Numbered from the stretch's first letter, positions 21,999 through 33,516 are shown. The stretch is 64,000 nucleotides of DNA from TPA_inf: Saccharomyces (GCA_000146045.2 BK006946.2:544001-608000), one strand, 5' to 3'. Translations and numbers: made by a program. The notes: generated by a model not told the origin, from the letters alone.

Positions 21999-24182
21999 TT
22001 ATTTTGGTATCACATCATCGGAGTATTTTTCAATTCTGATTTTTTGACTGGACCCAACAAACAACTCCAATTCATCCAATTGTCCTTCCGTAGGTAAACA
22101 ACTGGAAATAGGTACACTTCTTTCTATCATCAATACAACAATGTTAGTACGAGAGACTTCCAGATCAGGTATAACGATGCCCCCAGATGGACATGTCCTA
22201 TACTCTTGACATTCATAAACACAGAGAGCTGATTCAGGCTCGAAAATATTACATCGCATCCTTAATCGTGCTGATGATTCCACGGGTACTACACGTATAA
22301 AAAGTTTGTTCGTAGAATACTTTTTGGTTGGCAAAGTCATCTGAATTTTAAGTTTGTCTGAAGTTTCCTTCCAATGGAACCTGTTGCGACAATGATATGG
22401 ATAAGTACCGTATATCAAGTTAACACTCCGTAAAGTTATTCCAGATATTAACCTCCATGAAGAGGATAACCGTATCGAGGCAAGTAATTCAAATTCCGTT
22501 GAGGCTGGAGGGCCGTAAGTTGAGCATACAATCATATATTTGACATTAGTTAAGATGGGCACGTCTTGTTTAAGGCCCTGCCCGGGCTGATAGTGGTTAT
22601 CAAACATTATTGGCTTTATCAATTCATAGTCATTAAAGTAATATACTTGGATGTTAATTAAATCATGTGAGCTAGTTGAGATACATGCGGCGTCCATAAG
22701 TACTTGATAATCTTGTTCAGAGTGAACTTCCAACTCAAAAGTCGGATTTTGAAAAAAATTACAAGTATCAAATGAGGCTTTTCCCTCTATTTCATAAGGA
22801 AAAGAGAAAAGGACTTTGGCAAAAAGACTTTTTGTATCTTTCAATCTTTGAAAACATATTTCCTTCACAACTGAGAAAGAGTGAATACTGAAATTGTTGT
22901 TTGTTGTTGAATAACAATACAATAACCTCTCAGTCTCAGCATCTAATCTCAACTTTACCAGCTGAAGTCCAATGTGATTGCCACCGCATTCTACTGGAGG
23001 TTCAATTGGACAAATTATGCATTCGGGAGCCTCATTCAAAAAGGAAACTGACCGATTTTCTTGGCTGCCTTCATCTTGCAAATGGGATTCTAGCAATAAC
23101 CATACCGTCTCTGTCACTTTAGAATTGTTTACCAGGTGAAATAAAGGTTTATCTGCAACGATAGAAAATTTATTGTAGCGTGAAGTATCGTACCGAAAAT
23201 GAAGTACCTGAGAACGTTTGAATAATTTTTCTTGGTTCCAATTAAGATAAAGTTGTTTGAAATTTTTTAAATACTGTTCATAGCTGATTTCAACATTTAG
23301 TGCCGAGTTCCTCGGATCTCGCAATTTTACTAGCCTAGAATCATATGTGATATCAATTATAGAGTAATCATGGTTCTCAACTAGGGGCTTTATCATGTCA
23401 TTGGAACGATTCCCGGTGCCAGCGCCCATCAGACATAAATTAGATTTGTGAAACTTCCATAATTTTTCGAAAGGATAGCTGTTTACTTGTGTTATCTCTG
23501 GTAAGAAGCCACTTAAGCGGTAAGTATCTATACTAATATTTGAGCCATCCGTGGAATATGTTCCTTTAGAAACAAGCAGTAATGCAAGCTCTCCAATTTT
23601 GTCCGAAATATCGTTACTCTTTAAAGAAAGTTGTTTGCCATCCACTGAGGTTGGGATCTGCGAAATATCTACTGTCACTAGCCTTTTGTTGCTTCCGTTA
23701 AAACTTAAATTGACGTGATATTTAGTTGATGATATTTGTTTAATTAGAGGGAGATTCAAGTTCTTAGACCTAAGATTAATTAGAGAAGCAACTAATGAGC
23801 AATCTGGCACATCTCGGCATTGTTCTATTCCGCCTGAATAGTCTTCTTCATTCTGTAACTTGGCTCTCCCTGGATAACGCCTTTGTAGTTCTTCAGTACC
23901 AGGTGCGCAATATTCGGTTTTATTCCAAGAAACCGGTGAGGCTTCTGAGATAGGTATAGGGGGATAAAACCTTGAATTAATAGTTGAAGTAAGCCATAAA
24001 AATCTTAATTGTTTATCTACTTTCGACACATTTTCTTTCAAAACTAAAACGGCCTCAATAAAAGTGGAATCTTCGCTTTTCATTGCCAAGCCAACCAATC
24101 TATTAATTATACTGCTTGAGTCACCTTCTGCATTACAATATATTGACTTTATCGCGGCATTGAACTCATGCCAATCATTCAT
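21999..24182 (-). CDS. RIM13: Calpain-like cysteine protease of the Rim101 pH-response pathway, 727 aa
   Basis: The track ORF begins at a GTG at 24192-24194. The first ATG is at 24180-24182 (rc), giving MNDWHEFNAA... and 727 aa, which matches RIM13 (YMR154C). A cysteine-protease-like QCRDVPDCSLVASL region contains the candidate catalytic Cys. Confidence 0.82.
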   Translation of the reverse strand: MNDWHEFNAAIKSIYCNAEGDSSSIINRLVGLAMKSEDSTFIEAVLVLKENVSKVDKQLRFLWLTSTINSRFYPPIPISEASPVSWNKTEYCAPGTEELQRRYPGRAKLQNEEDYSGGIEQCRDVPDCSLVASLINLRSKNLNLPLIKQISSTKYHVNLSFNGSNKRLVTVDISQIPTSVDGKQLSLKSNDISDKIGELALLLVSKGTYSTDGSNISIDTYRLSGFLPEITQVNSYPFEKLWKFHKSNLCLMGAGTGNRSNDMIKPLVENHDYSIIDITYDSRLVKLRDPRNSALNVEISYEQYLKNFKQLYLNWNQEKLFKRSQVLHFRYDTSRYNKFSIVADKPLFHLVNNSKVTETVWLLLESHLQDEGSQENRSVSFLNEAPECIICPIEPPVECGGNHIGLQLVKLRLDAETERLLYCYSTTNNNFSIHSFSVVKEICFQRLKDTKSLFAKVLFSFPYEIEGKASFDTCNFFQNPTFELEVHSEQDYQVLMDAACISTSSHDLINIQVYYFNDYELIKPIMFDNHYQPGQGLKQDVPILTNVKYMIVCSTYGPPASTEFELLASIRLSSSWRLISGITLRSVNLIYGTYPYHCRNRFHWKETSDKLKIQMTLPTKKYSTNKLFIRVVPVESSARLRMRCNIFEPESALCVYECQEYRTCPSGGIVIPDLEVSRTNIVVLMIERSVPISSCLPTEGQLDELELFVGSSQKIRIEKYSDDVIPK

Positions 24183-24550
24183 TTTTGATACCACAAGGTT
24201 CTTGTCTTCGACTGAAATGGTCGAGTAACCGTTTAATAAGTTGTCTAGAGTTGATTATTGTGGTCCGTTTATGCCGACTAAAAGAACATTTAACTGTAGT
24301 ATCATAAAATCAAAAAGGGATAAATATCCGCAAGAATACAAGAAAGAAGAAGTATATATGTTTTCTTTAAAATTTCAGAGCATAACTTGAGCCATGAAAA
24401 ACCACTTCTCCTCAAGTTTATGTTGTTCCTCTATTTCCTACAGAAATATATTTACATTTGGTCGATATCGAAGATCTGGAGATAAGGTAAATAAATCCTG
24501 CGCGGTTCAAAGATACTCGATAAACAGCAACCAATGTTTCACAGAGTGCC

Positions 24551-26194
24551 ATGGTAAAGAAACACCAAAATAGTAAAATGGGTAATACAAATCACTTTGG
24601 ACATCTCAAAAGTTTTGTGGGAGGTAACGTGGTTGCCCTTGGTGCTGGAACACCTTATCTTTTCTCATTTTATGCTCCTCAGCTACTGAGCAAGTGCCAC
24701 ATACCTGTTTCTGCCTCAAGTAAGCTATCCTTCTCTTTAACAATAGGAAGCTCACTGATGGGAATTTTAGCAGGAATAGTTGTCGATCGAAGTCCTAAAC
24801 TGTCCTGTCTAATTGGTTCAATGTGTGTTTTCATCGCGTATTTGATTTTGAATTTATGCTATAAGCACGAATGGTCTAGTACTTTTCTCATATCGTTAAG
24901 TTTGGTACTCATTGGATATGGTTCTGTCTCAGGTTTTTACGCTTCTGTGAAATGTGCAAATACAAATTTTCCTCAACACAGGGGTACAGCTGGGGCATTT
25001 CCTGTGTCCCTATACGGTTTATCGGGCATGGTGTTCTCATATCTTTGCTCAAAGCTTTTTGGTGAGAACATCGAGCATGTCTTCATTTTCTTGATGGTTG
25101 CGTGTGGTTGCATGATTTTAGTAGGCTATTTCTCATTAGATATATTCTCTAATGCAGAAGGAGATGATGCTAGCATTAAGGAATGGGAGCTTCAAAAAAG
25201 CAGGGAAACAGACGATAATATAGTACCGTTATATGAGAACAGTAATGACTATATAGGTTCACCTGTGCGTTCATCATCCCCTGCTACCTATGAAACTTAT
25301 GCATTGTCAGACAATTTTCAGGAAACGTCAGAATTTTTTGCACTTGAGGATAGACAGTTATCAAATCGACCATTGTTATCACCTTCTTCCCCACACACAA
25401 AGTATGATTTCGAGGATGAGAATACCAGCAAAAATACAGTGGGCGAGAATAGCGCACAGAAAAGTATGAGATTACATGTATTCCAAAGCTTAAAATCTTC
25501 AACATTTATTGGTTACTACATAGTATTGGGTATACTACAAGGCGTGGGTTTAATGTACATATATTCTGTGGGGTTTATGGTACAAGCCCAGGTTTCTACT
25601 CCACCCTTAAATCAATTACCAATTAATGCAGAAAAAATTCAATCATTACAAGTAACTCTCCTGTCTCTTCTTTCATTTTGCGGCAGATTATCATCTGGGC
25701 CTATATCAGATTTTTTGGTCAAGAAATTCAAAGCTCAAAGACTATGGAATATTGTCATAGCATCGCTTTTGGTATTTCTTGCATCGAATAAAATATCCCA
25801 TGACTTCAGCAGCATTGAAGATCCTTCTTTAAGAGCCTCCAAATCATTCAAGAATATTTCGGTATGCTCAGCGATCTTCGGTTATTCTTTTGGCGTTCTA
25901 TTTGGTACTTTCCCCTCCATAGTAGCAGATAGATTTGGCACAAATGGGTATAGTACGCTGTGGGGTGTTTTAACGACTGGTGGTGTATTTTCAGTGAGTG
26001 TTTTTACCGATATATTAGGTAGAGATTTCAAGGCAAATACAGGAGATGATGATGGGAACTGTAAAAAGGGAGTGCTTTGCTACAGCTATACTTTTATGGT
26101 TACGAAATATTGTGCCGCTTTTAATCTTTTGTTCGTTTTGGGGATAATTGGATATACGTACTATCGAAGAAGAGCAACTGCAAATTCCCTGTAG
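24551..26194 (+). CDS. Polytopic membrane protein (MFS-like transporter fold), 547 aa, uncharacterised (YMR155W)
   Basis: ATG at 24551. Multiple hydrophobic segments separated by a central hydrophilic loop. 547 aa matches YMR155W. Confidence 0.78.
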   Translation: MVKKHQNSKMGNTNHFGHLKSFVGGNVVALGAGTPYLFSFYAPQLLSKCHIPVSASSKLSFSLTIGSSLMGILAGIVVDRSPKLSCLIGSMCVFIAYLILNLCYKHEWSSTFLISLSLVLIGYGSVSGFYASVKCANTNFPQHRGTAGAFPVSLYGLSGMVFSYLCSKLFGENIEHVFIFLMVACGCMILVGYFSLDIFSNAEGDDASIKEWELQKSRETDDNIVPLYENSNDYIGSPVRSSSPATYETYALSDNFQETSEFFALEDRQLSNRPLLSPSSPHTKYDFEDENTSKNTVGENSAQKSMRLHVFQSLKSSTFIGYYIVLGILQGVGLMYIYSVGFMVQAQVSTPPLNQLPINAEKIQSLQVTLLSLLSFCGRLSSGPISDFLVKKFKAQRLWNIVIASLLVFLASNKISHDFSSIEDPSLRASKSFKNISVCSAIFGYSFGVLFGTFPSIVADRFGTNGYSTLWGVLTTGGVFSVSVFTDILGRDFKANTGDDDGNCKKGVLCYSYTFMVTKYCAAFNLLFVLGIIGYTYYRRRATANSL

Positions 26195-26299
26195 ACGGTG
26201 TCATCCTGACATTGCTTTCATATTCTTTTTCACCATCACAAATGAACATTTTAAGAAATATTACTATATACTGGTATATATTCAACATTTTACAACGGA

Positions 26300-27016
26300 C
26301 TACCCGTGAAATATTTCCTCAGGGTACTTGAATTCAACGTGCAAGTTTTCAGCAAACTTTATGTCAGAATCACTGAAGTCCTTTTTCCTCCCAGCAGCGT
26401 CACCGCAATAATATATCCAATTCAACTTGATGGGAGAAATTTGTTCTGAAACCCTGTATGCACTTTCCAGGTCCCTTTTAAAAAACTCTACCATTCCTGT
26501 CATTGGTTTTCGAACTTTTTCGAATATGTTAGGATCATTGTTATAACTTTCACCTAAGCTTGCGAATGTGATCTTACTATGATTTGCTGCAAAAGTTTTC
26601 GGCCTTTTAGGTGCTGCATATAGCCATAACCTGTGTGATAACGTTTCTCCTCTCTCATCGTTTTTGATTGCCTTTAAAAATAGCAAAATTTTATTAGTGT
26701 ACTTGGTGCAACTTTTAGAAGTTCTTGGGACGGTGATGACACCACCTTGGTTAGAAAATATGACTATGACGGCCGTGGGATCATTATCAATGATATTACA
26801 CAGGTAATCCAGGGTGGATTTCTTGGAGTTAAAATTAATAAACTGCCAATCACTTGCGCTTCTACTAAAACTTATATTGGGGGACTTTGGTTTGATAATT
26901 GTATGGTCCAGATCAAAGGCATAAACGTTTAGACCATGCTCGTCGTGATCAATGGATTGTGGAAACTTGGGCGTGAACTTAATCAGAAATGGCAGGATTG
27001 TTAATTTGTGGGACAT
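26300..27016 (-). CDS. TPP1: DNA 3'-phosphatase (HAD superfamily, PNKP-like), 238 aa
   Basis: ATG at 27014-27016 (rc). HAD motif I FDLDHTII. 238 aa matches TPP1 (YMR156C). Confidence 0.88.
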   Translation of the reverse strand: MSHKLTILPFLIKFTPKFPQSIDHDEHGLNVYAFDLDHTIIKPKSPNISFSRSASDWQFINFNSKKSTLDYLCNIIDNDPTAVIVIFSNQGGVITVPRTSKSCTKYTNKILLFLKAIKNDERGETLSHRLWLYAAPKRPKTFAANHSKITFASLGESYNNDPNIFEKVRKPMTGMVEFFKRDLESAYRVSEQISPIKLNWIYYCGDAAGRKKDFSDSDIKFAENLHVEFKYPEEIFHG

Positions 27017-27276
27017 GGGCTTTCCTTCGGTTCAGTTTTCTATGTTATCCATCTGATTTTGGGATGATTTTACAGATTAAAATCGATTTAAAGCCATACG
27101 CAAAAGAGGGGAAACGAAAGAAACGCACAGAATTCATTCACATAGATGAAGGGAACAGAAAATGAGAATGTTATATGACAGATAAGCAGCATATTCAGGA
27201 CATATATCCAGATATATATACATATAAGCTATTAACAAGGAGAAGAAACCAAAAAAAAAAAAAAAAGAAAACATCC

Positions 27277-28044
27277 TCAGATGATATCAGCTTTACCTAC
27301 AGTTTCGTAATATTTACAGACGTCAGAGCCACTCAATTTCCTCGGAACAAAGATTTTAGACACTATAGAAACCTCATTTTCAAATCTTGTTGCATCAGCA
27401 ATCGAATGAGGAAAGTTCACAACTACTAGCTTGTCACCGGTCTTGAAGTTCTCTTTGAAATATCTACCCAAAAGCATGACCAACATACCGGTCGGCAAAT
27501 TGTAAGCGTACGTGTCACACCCGTATTTTTTGTAGTATTCATTTAATAAAGCCTCATATCTATCATCCCTCAAGGTTCTGTAGTAATCGATGACCTTGAC
27601 TGGATCGACAAACTGCAGCTCATTTATATCATCGCCTTGTGATTTCTGCAGTACCTTTCTAGTTTCTTCAATGCTGGGTGATAAGGAAAACTTTATATCG
27701 ACCTCACCTTGTGGGAAGATAGCCACACGTCTTTTCAACCCTTTAACCACATTTTCGAATTCTTCTTCTGATAATGTTGTCTTCGGTTTGTTCTTATCTA
27801 AAGACTGTACTGTCTTGACAAATATCACTGTACCGATAATAGCAACAAGGAAAATTTTCTTAAATCCTGGAGCATCTATTTTATCTGATTTGTTAGACCT
27901 TTTAGTTGAGCTATCAGTTGATGAGTATCGTGCTCTCAAGAGCAATGGTGAAAATAAGGGTAATTGCTTTTGAGGCAACCCACCGCACACCTTGAAACAA
28001 TGTCGGCAGCTTGCTAGAACGCTTTTTCTCAGTGGTCGCAACAT
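27277..28044 (-). CDS. AIM36: Mitochondrial protein of unknown function, 255 aa
   Basis: ATG at 28042-28044 (rc). Arg-rich N-terminal presequence (MLRPLRKSVLASCRHCF). 255 aa matches AIM36/FMP39 (YMR157C). Confidence 0.8.
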   Translation of the reverse strand: MLRPLRKSVLASCRHCFKVCGGLPQKQLPLFSPLLLRARYSSTDSSTKRSNKSDKIDAPGFKKIFLVAIIGTVIFVKTVQSLDKNKPKTTLSEEEFENVVKGLKRRVAIFPQGEVDIKFSLSPSIEETRKVLQKSQGDDINELQFVDPVKVIDYYRTLRDDRYEALLNEYYKKYGCDTYAYNLPTGMLVMLLGRYFKENFKTGDKLVVVNFPHSIADATRFENEVSIVSKIFVPRKLSGSDVCKYYETVGKADII

Positions 28045-28238
28045 GTAGGTAGTCTATTTATCTGGGCTCGTTATGTATTAATCTTCCTATGGGGATTCAT
28101 TCATTTTAGCTTTACCGGCAGTCCTTACAAACCGCTTTTTGAAATTAAATCGACAAACTGAGGAAGAAGAACGGAAAAACAGAAGAAAGCCAAAGGCAAA
28201 GAAGCGACCACATACACCTTTTTTTCGATCTAAACTAA

Positions 28239-28715
<477 letters not shown>

Positions 28716-28882
28716 ATAGAACAATCACATATGACCGTATTTATACGTGTAATTAAAAAATATACGGACCATGTAAATAATAATATTATAAAATGCAGAC
28801 AATGATGATGAGTATAGTACTACAGTAACGTCCTTCATTCATTACCTTTACTAGCAGTGATAAAAAGTTTTGAAAAAAAATG

Positions 28883-28955
28883 TGCTCCAGGGGAGGTTCG
28901 AACTCTCGACCTTCAGATTATGAGACTGACGCTCTTCCTACTGAGCTACTGAAGC
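28883..28955 (-). tRNA. tM(CAU): tRNA-Met (anticodon CAU), elongator type
   Basis: The reverse complement reads GCTTCAGTAGCTCAGTAGGAAGAGCGTCAGTCTCATAATCTGAAGGTCGAGAGTTCGAACCTCCCCTGGAGCA. This is a cloverleaf with anticodon loop CT-CAT-AA. An oligo-T (T8) Pol III terminator lies immediately 3' at 28873-28880 (rc). Confidence 0.93.
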
Positions 28956-29009
28956 TGTCTGTTATGGAGGATTCTAGCATTAAATGCTTTAATACTCAAT
29001 AAAAGCAAC

Positions 29010-29338
29010 AATGGAGAATAATTTATCAGCAACTAAATTTATAGACGAAGATCCTACGCCAAATCTTAGCTCCTTTATATTTAATATTGAAAAACATATG
29101 AATTTTAGGTTGAATCCTCAAAATGGAATTGATATTTCTACATAATAGTACTACGATTATTCTTCACTCTGTTTTATATGTGTCATTATGTTATTACATT
29201 ATCAATCCTTGCATTTCAGCTTCGTCTAACTTCCATGACAGTTTCTCATACCTTATGTCATCATCTAACACCGTACATGATAACATACTGGTAGTGTAAC
29301 TACTAGTTGATAGATGATAGTTCATTTTCATTCCAACA
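29010..29338 (-). mobile_element. Solo delta (Ty1/Ty2 LTR), diverged; the 3' boundary is approximate
   Basis: Starting at 29338 the reverse complement reads TGTTGGAATGAAAATGAACTATCATCTA...GGTGTTAGATGATGACATAAG...GGAAGTTAGACGAAGCTGAAATGCAAGGATTGATAATGTAATA...AGATTCCATTTTGAGGATTC. This matches the delta consensus. The distal end is degenerate. Confidence 0.75.
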
Positions 29339-29560
29339 ATTGTCGTTAGAGATCGCTACATAATCAACCTTTGCACTTCAGCTTCCATTAAATCTGATTA
29401 ATGCTTCTTAATCTTTAAGCCATCTTCTTGCACCATAAATAGCAATGAAACCATTTAGTCTTCTATTTTCCACTTAAAGAACCAGGTTTTTGCATTTCAG
29501 CCATCTTAAATTAGACGACGGTTTAATTTCGGTGTAGTATCATAAAATTTCGGCCATCCT
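29339..29560 (-). mobile_element. Additional fragmentary delta LTR pieces (nested or truncated Ty insertions)
   Basis: The reverse complement contains GAAGATGGCTTAAAGATTAAGAAGCATTAATCAGATTTAATGGAAGCTGAAGTGCAAAGGTTGATTATGTAGCG and a second GGCTGAAATGCAAAAACCTGG block. Both resemble the internal delta segment GAAGATGACGCAAATGATGAGAAATAGTCATCTAAATTAGTGGAAGCTGAAACGCAAGGATTGATAATGTAATAGG. Confidence 0.55.
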
Positions 29561-30475
29561 TCGACTCACGTATAATGATGGCCTCAGCGAGAGGATCAGC
29601 AACAAGTTACATCCACAATAATACGCGGAGTTATGAGATATTACAGTACCCTCCCCAAAAATATAAGGTTTACCGCAAGATCGTATCAGGAGAATGAACG
29701 GGTCTCTTAGTTTTTATCCACTATTCTTTCCACTCACGCCAATATACTAACCAATTGAAATGCTCATAACCAGAATGAACAGGCCGCATGCATTCTTTAG
29801 CCAACTTTCGATGAAAATACCCACTATGCAATGGTAAATTTCCGAAACAAAAAATTATACTTCAGTGTTCCCACAAAATAACGATATGTTTCTTTTCATT
29901 TTTCAATGAAAGCATGATTTTTTCCCTTCCAATGCCAAAATGCTAGTCCTATAAATGAAAAAAAAAGCTTTCTGCTATAAGAACAGCAAGGGGCATTTCA
30001 ACTTACACATAATAGAAGGTGAGATAAAGACCATCGTGAATCCTAATAGAAACTGCGGGTTTCTTAGGATCATGGGTCGCGCAAAACCGCCAAGTTTACC
30101 ATCAAAAAGCTACAAAGTTCAATTTACCCAATAGAATTCTAACGCCAAAGATTTGTAGTGATTCATATGAAATTTTCTTTATGCATCCAGTTATTACTAT
30201 TGAGTTTCTCTCAAGATACATTCTCCAAAAAAAAAGCCTGTTCTCGCACAAACGACCTTAAGAAAGGTTTAAAACAGCTGTCACATTACATTATAGTAGA
30301 TAAAAACACGAATGGCATTTTCTTAACTTGCAGGTGTACTCTCTATAGCATGTTTAACATATTTTCACCTCTTTATTGCAAACACTTTGGCGTTTCATAT
30401 TCTGTCCATGTATATGCACCACAATGATTTTATTTTCTTTTGTATGCATTTTGTGACGATTTGACAACTGATGCA

Positions 30476-30928
30476 TCATTTCGTTCCATCTATTTCGCTG
30501 TTCATGGCTTCTGTCTCTTTCTCTGTCTTTTTTAGCCATCTCGCAACTAGCTGGGAATGTTCTTTTTTCAGATCCGAGAGTTTTTGTTGTAAAACATTAT
30601 TTTCAATGGTTCCACTAATCAATTCGTCATTCAACCTTTCCGTATTCTTATTTTTCAACGCAATAACTTCTTTCAATCTTCGTATTTCTTGCTCCTTACT
30701 TTTCAGTTCTTTTTGTAGAATTGCCAGTGTATTCAATAAAGCATCGTCATGGCTGACAATGTTGCCACCAATGGCGCCACTATTATCTTGAAACAACTCA
30801 TTTAAATGGGCCTCCTTGTCGTTTCGATCTGTTAGTCTACGAATTAACAAATCATCCATGCTATCTGTTTGTGGATTGCTTCTTTCCTCCTTTGCTTTCT
30901 TCCTTTCTGTTATAATGAAATTGCCCAT
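30476..30928 (-). CDS. ATG16: Autophagy protein Atg16 (coiled-coil component of the Atg12-Atg5 conjugate complex), 150 aa
   Basis: ATG at 30926-30928 (rc). Coiled-coil heptads. 150 aa matches ATG16 (YMR159C). Confidence 0.88.
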   Translation of the reverse strand: MGNFIITERKKAKEERSNPQTDSMDDLLIRRLTDRNDKEAHLNELFQDNSGAIGGNIVSHDDALLNTLAILQKELKSKEQEIRRLKEVIALKNKNTERLNDELISGTIENNVLQQKLSDLKKEHSQLVARWLKKTEKETEAMNSEIDGTK

Positions 30929-31065
30929 GGAATATGCGCCCTTAATACAGATTCGCGCAGGTTAATAACAAAAATCAACGTTAAATAAAGGTCAACTACA
31001 AACAGAATAAGTAAAAGCGAGCAAGTGTAGTAGCAATTTAGCACAACATATAAAACGCTATTATA

Positions 31066-33516
31066 ATGGATGTTGTGCAGCAGAAACAGGATAAACAGTT
31101 GCAGCATCAAACACAAGAGCAGCAGCAGATACGAGAGGACCAGCAGGAAGTCCCACCCCAACGTCCACGACAACAAAACAGATGGAAACCCTGGTGGAAT
31201 TCCACTGCCGACGATGAGCCAAACACGGGAAGAATTGCAGAATATCCTAATGGACAAGGAAGGAGTAGTCCGACAACGGATTTTCAAGATAGCGTGAACT
31301 CGAATAATGACAATAAAGGGATATGGTCTAAAATCGCTTCTTTTGCAACATCCAGATATAGAAGTGCCCCAATTGTTGTTGATGATAATACCCGCTACTC
31401 TCAACTAAACACTGAACAAATCAACTTCTTGGAAAATGAGGCTAAGGATATAATTTCAAAAAAGTCGAAATCATGGTGTTGGTACGAAGCAATTCCACAT
31501 ATATCAAATTCATCAAACATAATTGATTCCATAGATACCCCAGGAATAATCAGTGTCTCTGGTACAGGATCAGCCAAATGCCCATTGCCATTAAACAAAT
31601 ATCCTGGGGAGGGAGGTAACCCTGGGTATAATGTATTTATTAATGATTCTTTAATCCTACCATCAGATAACCCTTTGAATTTTCTGCACGTCCAACCACT
31701 AAGAACTAAGGTATTGAATACTATCAAAAATTACTATAACTTCCCTAATGAGCAACATCTCTATTTAAGACAAAAAAAAACCGCATTACTGAAGGATAAG
31801 AGAATTATTATAATATCCGTCGTGGGGGATTTACCAGAAAAGTATGAGCAGCGCTCATTAGAATCACAAAGATCGGCTTATTATCTTTCTAGAAAATTGT
31901 CACAAAATCTAGCGCAAGAACAACCTCAAAGAGTCTTGACCCTATCGTTCCAGTGCCCACTGCATAATCAAGATTTAATACCTACATATAAAGAATGTGT
32001 AGAGTTACTGAACCACTGGGCTCATCTTTTCAAAGAGGTAGATTCAATTTTTTTTGTGGGCGTTTATCACAGCGTTCCCTTAACTTTGCTATTAGCGAAA
32101 TATATCGTGCAAAATAATGAAGTTCTAGAGTTTGATGAAAACACTACAGTGAGTGTATTGAGTTTCCAGTCATGTTTACAAGGCTATCGATTTTGGGACC
32201 ACAGCACTGACTTTACTAGCAATAGTTATAATAACTTGGGTTCCAATTCCAGTACTAACGAAAATGATAGTAATGATCATGATTCAAATAATGATTTCAC
32301 AACGAAGAGCCAACAAATCAAAGAAAAACAGTTATTTCAGGGCATTGACAAAAAGCAACAAGACACATTATCTAAAATCAAAAATTATAGGCGGATAGAT
32401 TCTAGTGAATCTAAACTAGTTCAGGATGCATTGGATTGGCTCTTGTTCAATTGGGATACGTTTCGACTGACATTTTTTGGTAAGCTTTATGATAATTTTA
32501 TGACAATTTCAGAAAAACTTGCTATAGATTATAATCACCCTAAAATCTTGAGAAATTTATGGTGCAATGGGAAGTACATGGGCATTGATTTAAAGAATGC
32601 TAATAATTTAAACCTTGATACCGATGATGAAGCAACTAGTAACATTAATGACGTCCATGTAAGGACCCCTAATTTTGAATCGAGATTGAAGATTCCCACC
32701 AACAGACTTTTCGAAATAACCTTATGGGATATTTTGATGATAACGGAGAATTTAGGATATAAACAATTTATTCCCATAATTAATTTACTAAGTCCTTTTT
32801 TTATTTCAAGGTCATTTAATGATTACACATTGCCTCCAAATATTAGGAAACAGTACCAGAACAGCAACAAAATCTGGCTTCAAGAAATGGACAGTAAGTG
32901 GAAAATGAATGGTCATCAACTCAATTACGACCAAAGGGAGGGTGAAAGTCTCGGTTCATCATCGGAATCATTATTGCCAGAGAATATTTCTACGGTAAAG
33001 GATTTTTTGCAGTTTGTGCAGTATCAAAACGAAAAATCTTCGGATTTCGTAAGGATATATTCAGACATTTATGATGACGATAAAGTCTATAAATGCTTTC
33101 TGTACAATACAATATTCACGAAAAACCCATTAAGTCGTAAGCATTTACGTTTAAACATCGACCTCGACACTCCTACAAGCATATTGAATACTGTCAATCA
33201 ATATGATTTGGTATGGAAAATTCATGATTCCTTCTCCAAATTGATTCAATTGAAAAATTTACCGCAGCGAGAGATACCACATGCGTTGAGGCTCTCCATC
33301 TCATTAAACTGCTTCTTGGATAGTACCACGAGTACTTCTGGCCCTGTTTTTCAGAGGGACACCGTGGAAGCTTTGAGAAGATTAACAGAGATTTGGCGAA
33401 CTTACCAGGATTGGTCTCCACCAACAAGGGGTTTGAAACACCTACGTGATATCCTGAGCGTTTTAGCCATGTATGACAACCCCAAAAACTTGATTAATGA
33501 TGTTCGACGTACATAG
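31066..33516 (+). CDS. 816-aa protein of unknown function with an N-terminal Gln-rich region and a Ser/Asn-rich low-complexity segment (YMR160W)
   Basis: ATG at 31066. 816 aa matches YMR160W. No catalytic motif recognised. Confidence 0.75.
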   Translation: MDVVQQKQDKQLQHQTQEQQQIREDQQEVPPQRPRQQNRWKPWWNSTADDEPNTGRIAEYPNGQGRSSPTTDFQDSVNSNNDNKGIWSKIASFATSRYRSAPIVVDDNTRYSQLNTEQINFLENEAKDIISKKSKSWCWYEAIPHISNSSNIIDSIDTPGIISVSGTGSAKCPLPLNKYPGEGGNPGYNVFINDSLILPSDNPLNFLHVQPLRTKVLNTIKNYYNFPNEQHLYLRQKKTALLKDKRIIIISVVGDLPEKYEQRSLESQRSAYYLSRKLSQNLAQEQPQRVLTLSFQCPLHNQDLIPTYKECVELLNHWAHLFKEVDSIFFVGVYHSVPLTLLLAKYIVQNNEVLEFDENTTVSVLSFQSCLQGYRFWDHSTDFTSNSYNNLGSNSSTNENDSNDHDSNNDFTTKSQQIKEKQLFQGIDKKQQDTLSKIKNYRRIDSSESKLVQDALDWLLFNWDTFRLTFFGKLYDNFMTISEKLAIDYNHPKILRNLWCNGKYMGIDLKNANNLNLDTDDEATSNINDVHVRTPNFESRLKIPTNRLFEITLWDILMITENLGYKQFIPIINLLSPFFISRSFNDYTLPPNIRKQYQNSNKIWLQEMDSKWKMNGHQLNYDQREGESLGSSSESLLPENISTVKDFLQFVQYQNEKSSDFVRIYSDIYDDDKVYKCFLYNTIFTKNPLSRKHLRLNIDLDTPTSILNTVNQYDLVWKIHDSFSKLIQLKNLPQREIPHALRLSISLNCFLDSTTSTSGPVFQRDTVEALRRLTEIWRTYQDWSPPTRGLKHLRDILSVLAMYDNPKNLINDVRRT

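Noticed and set aside
30158-30427. 89-aa ORF with a hydrophobic N-terminus in the gene-free region between the delta cluster and ATG16
   Set aside because: It starts at GTG (first ATG at 30167). Very AT-rich, low-complexity, no codon-bias signal. Probably non-coding intergenic sequence.
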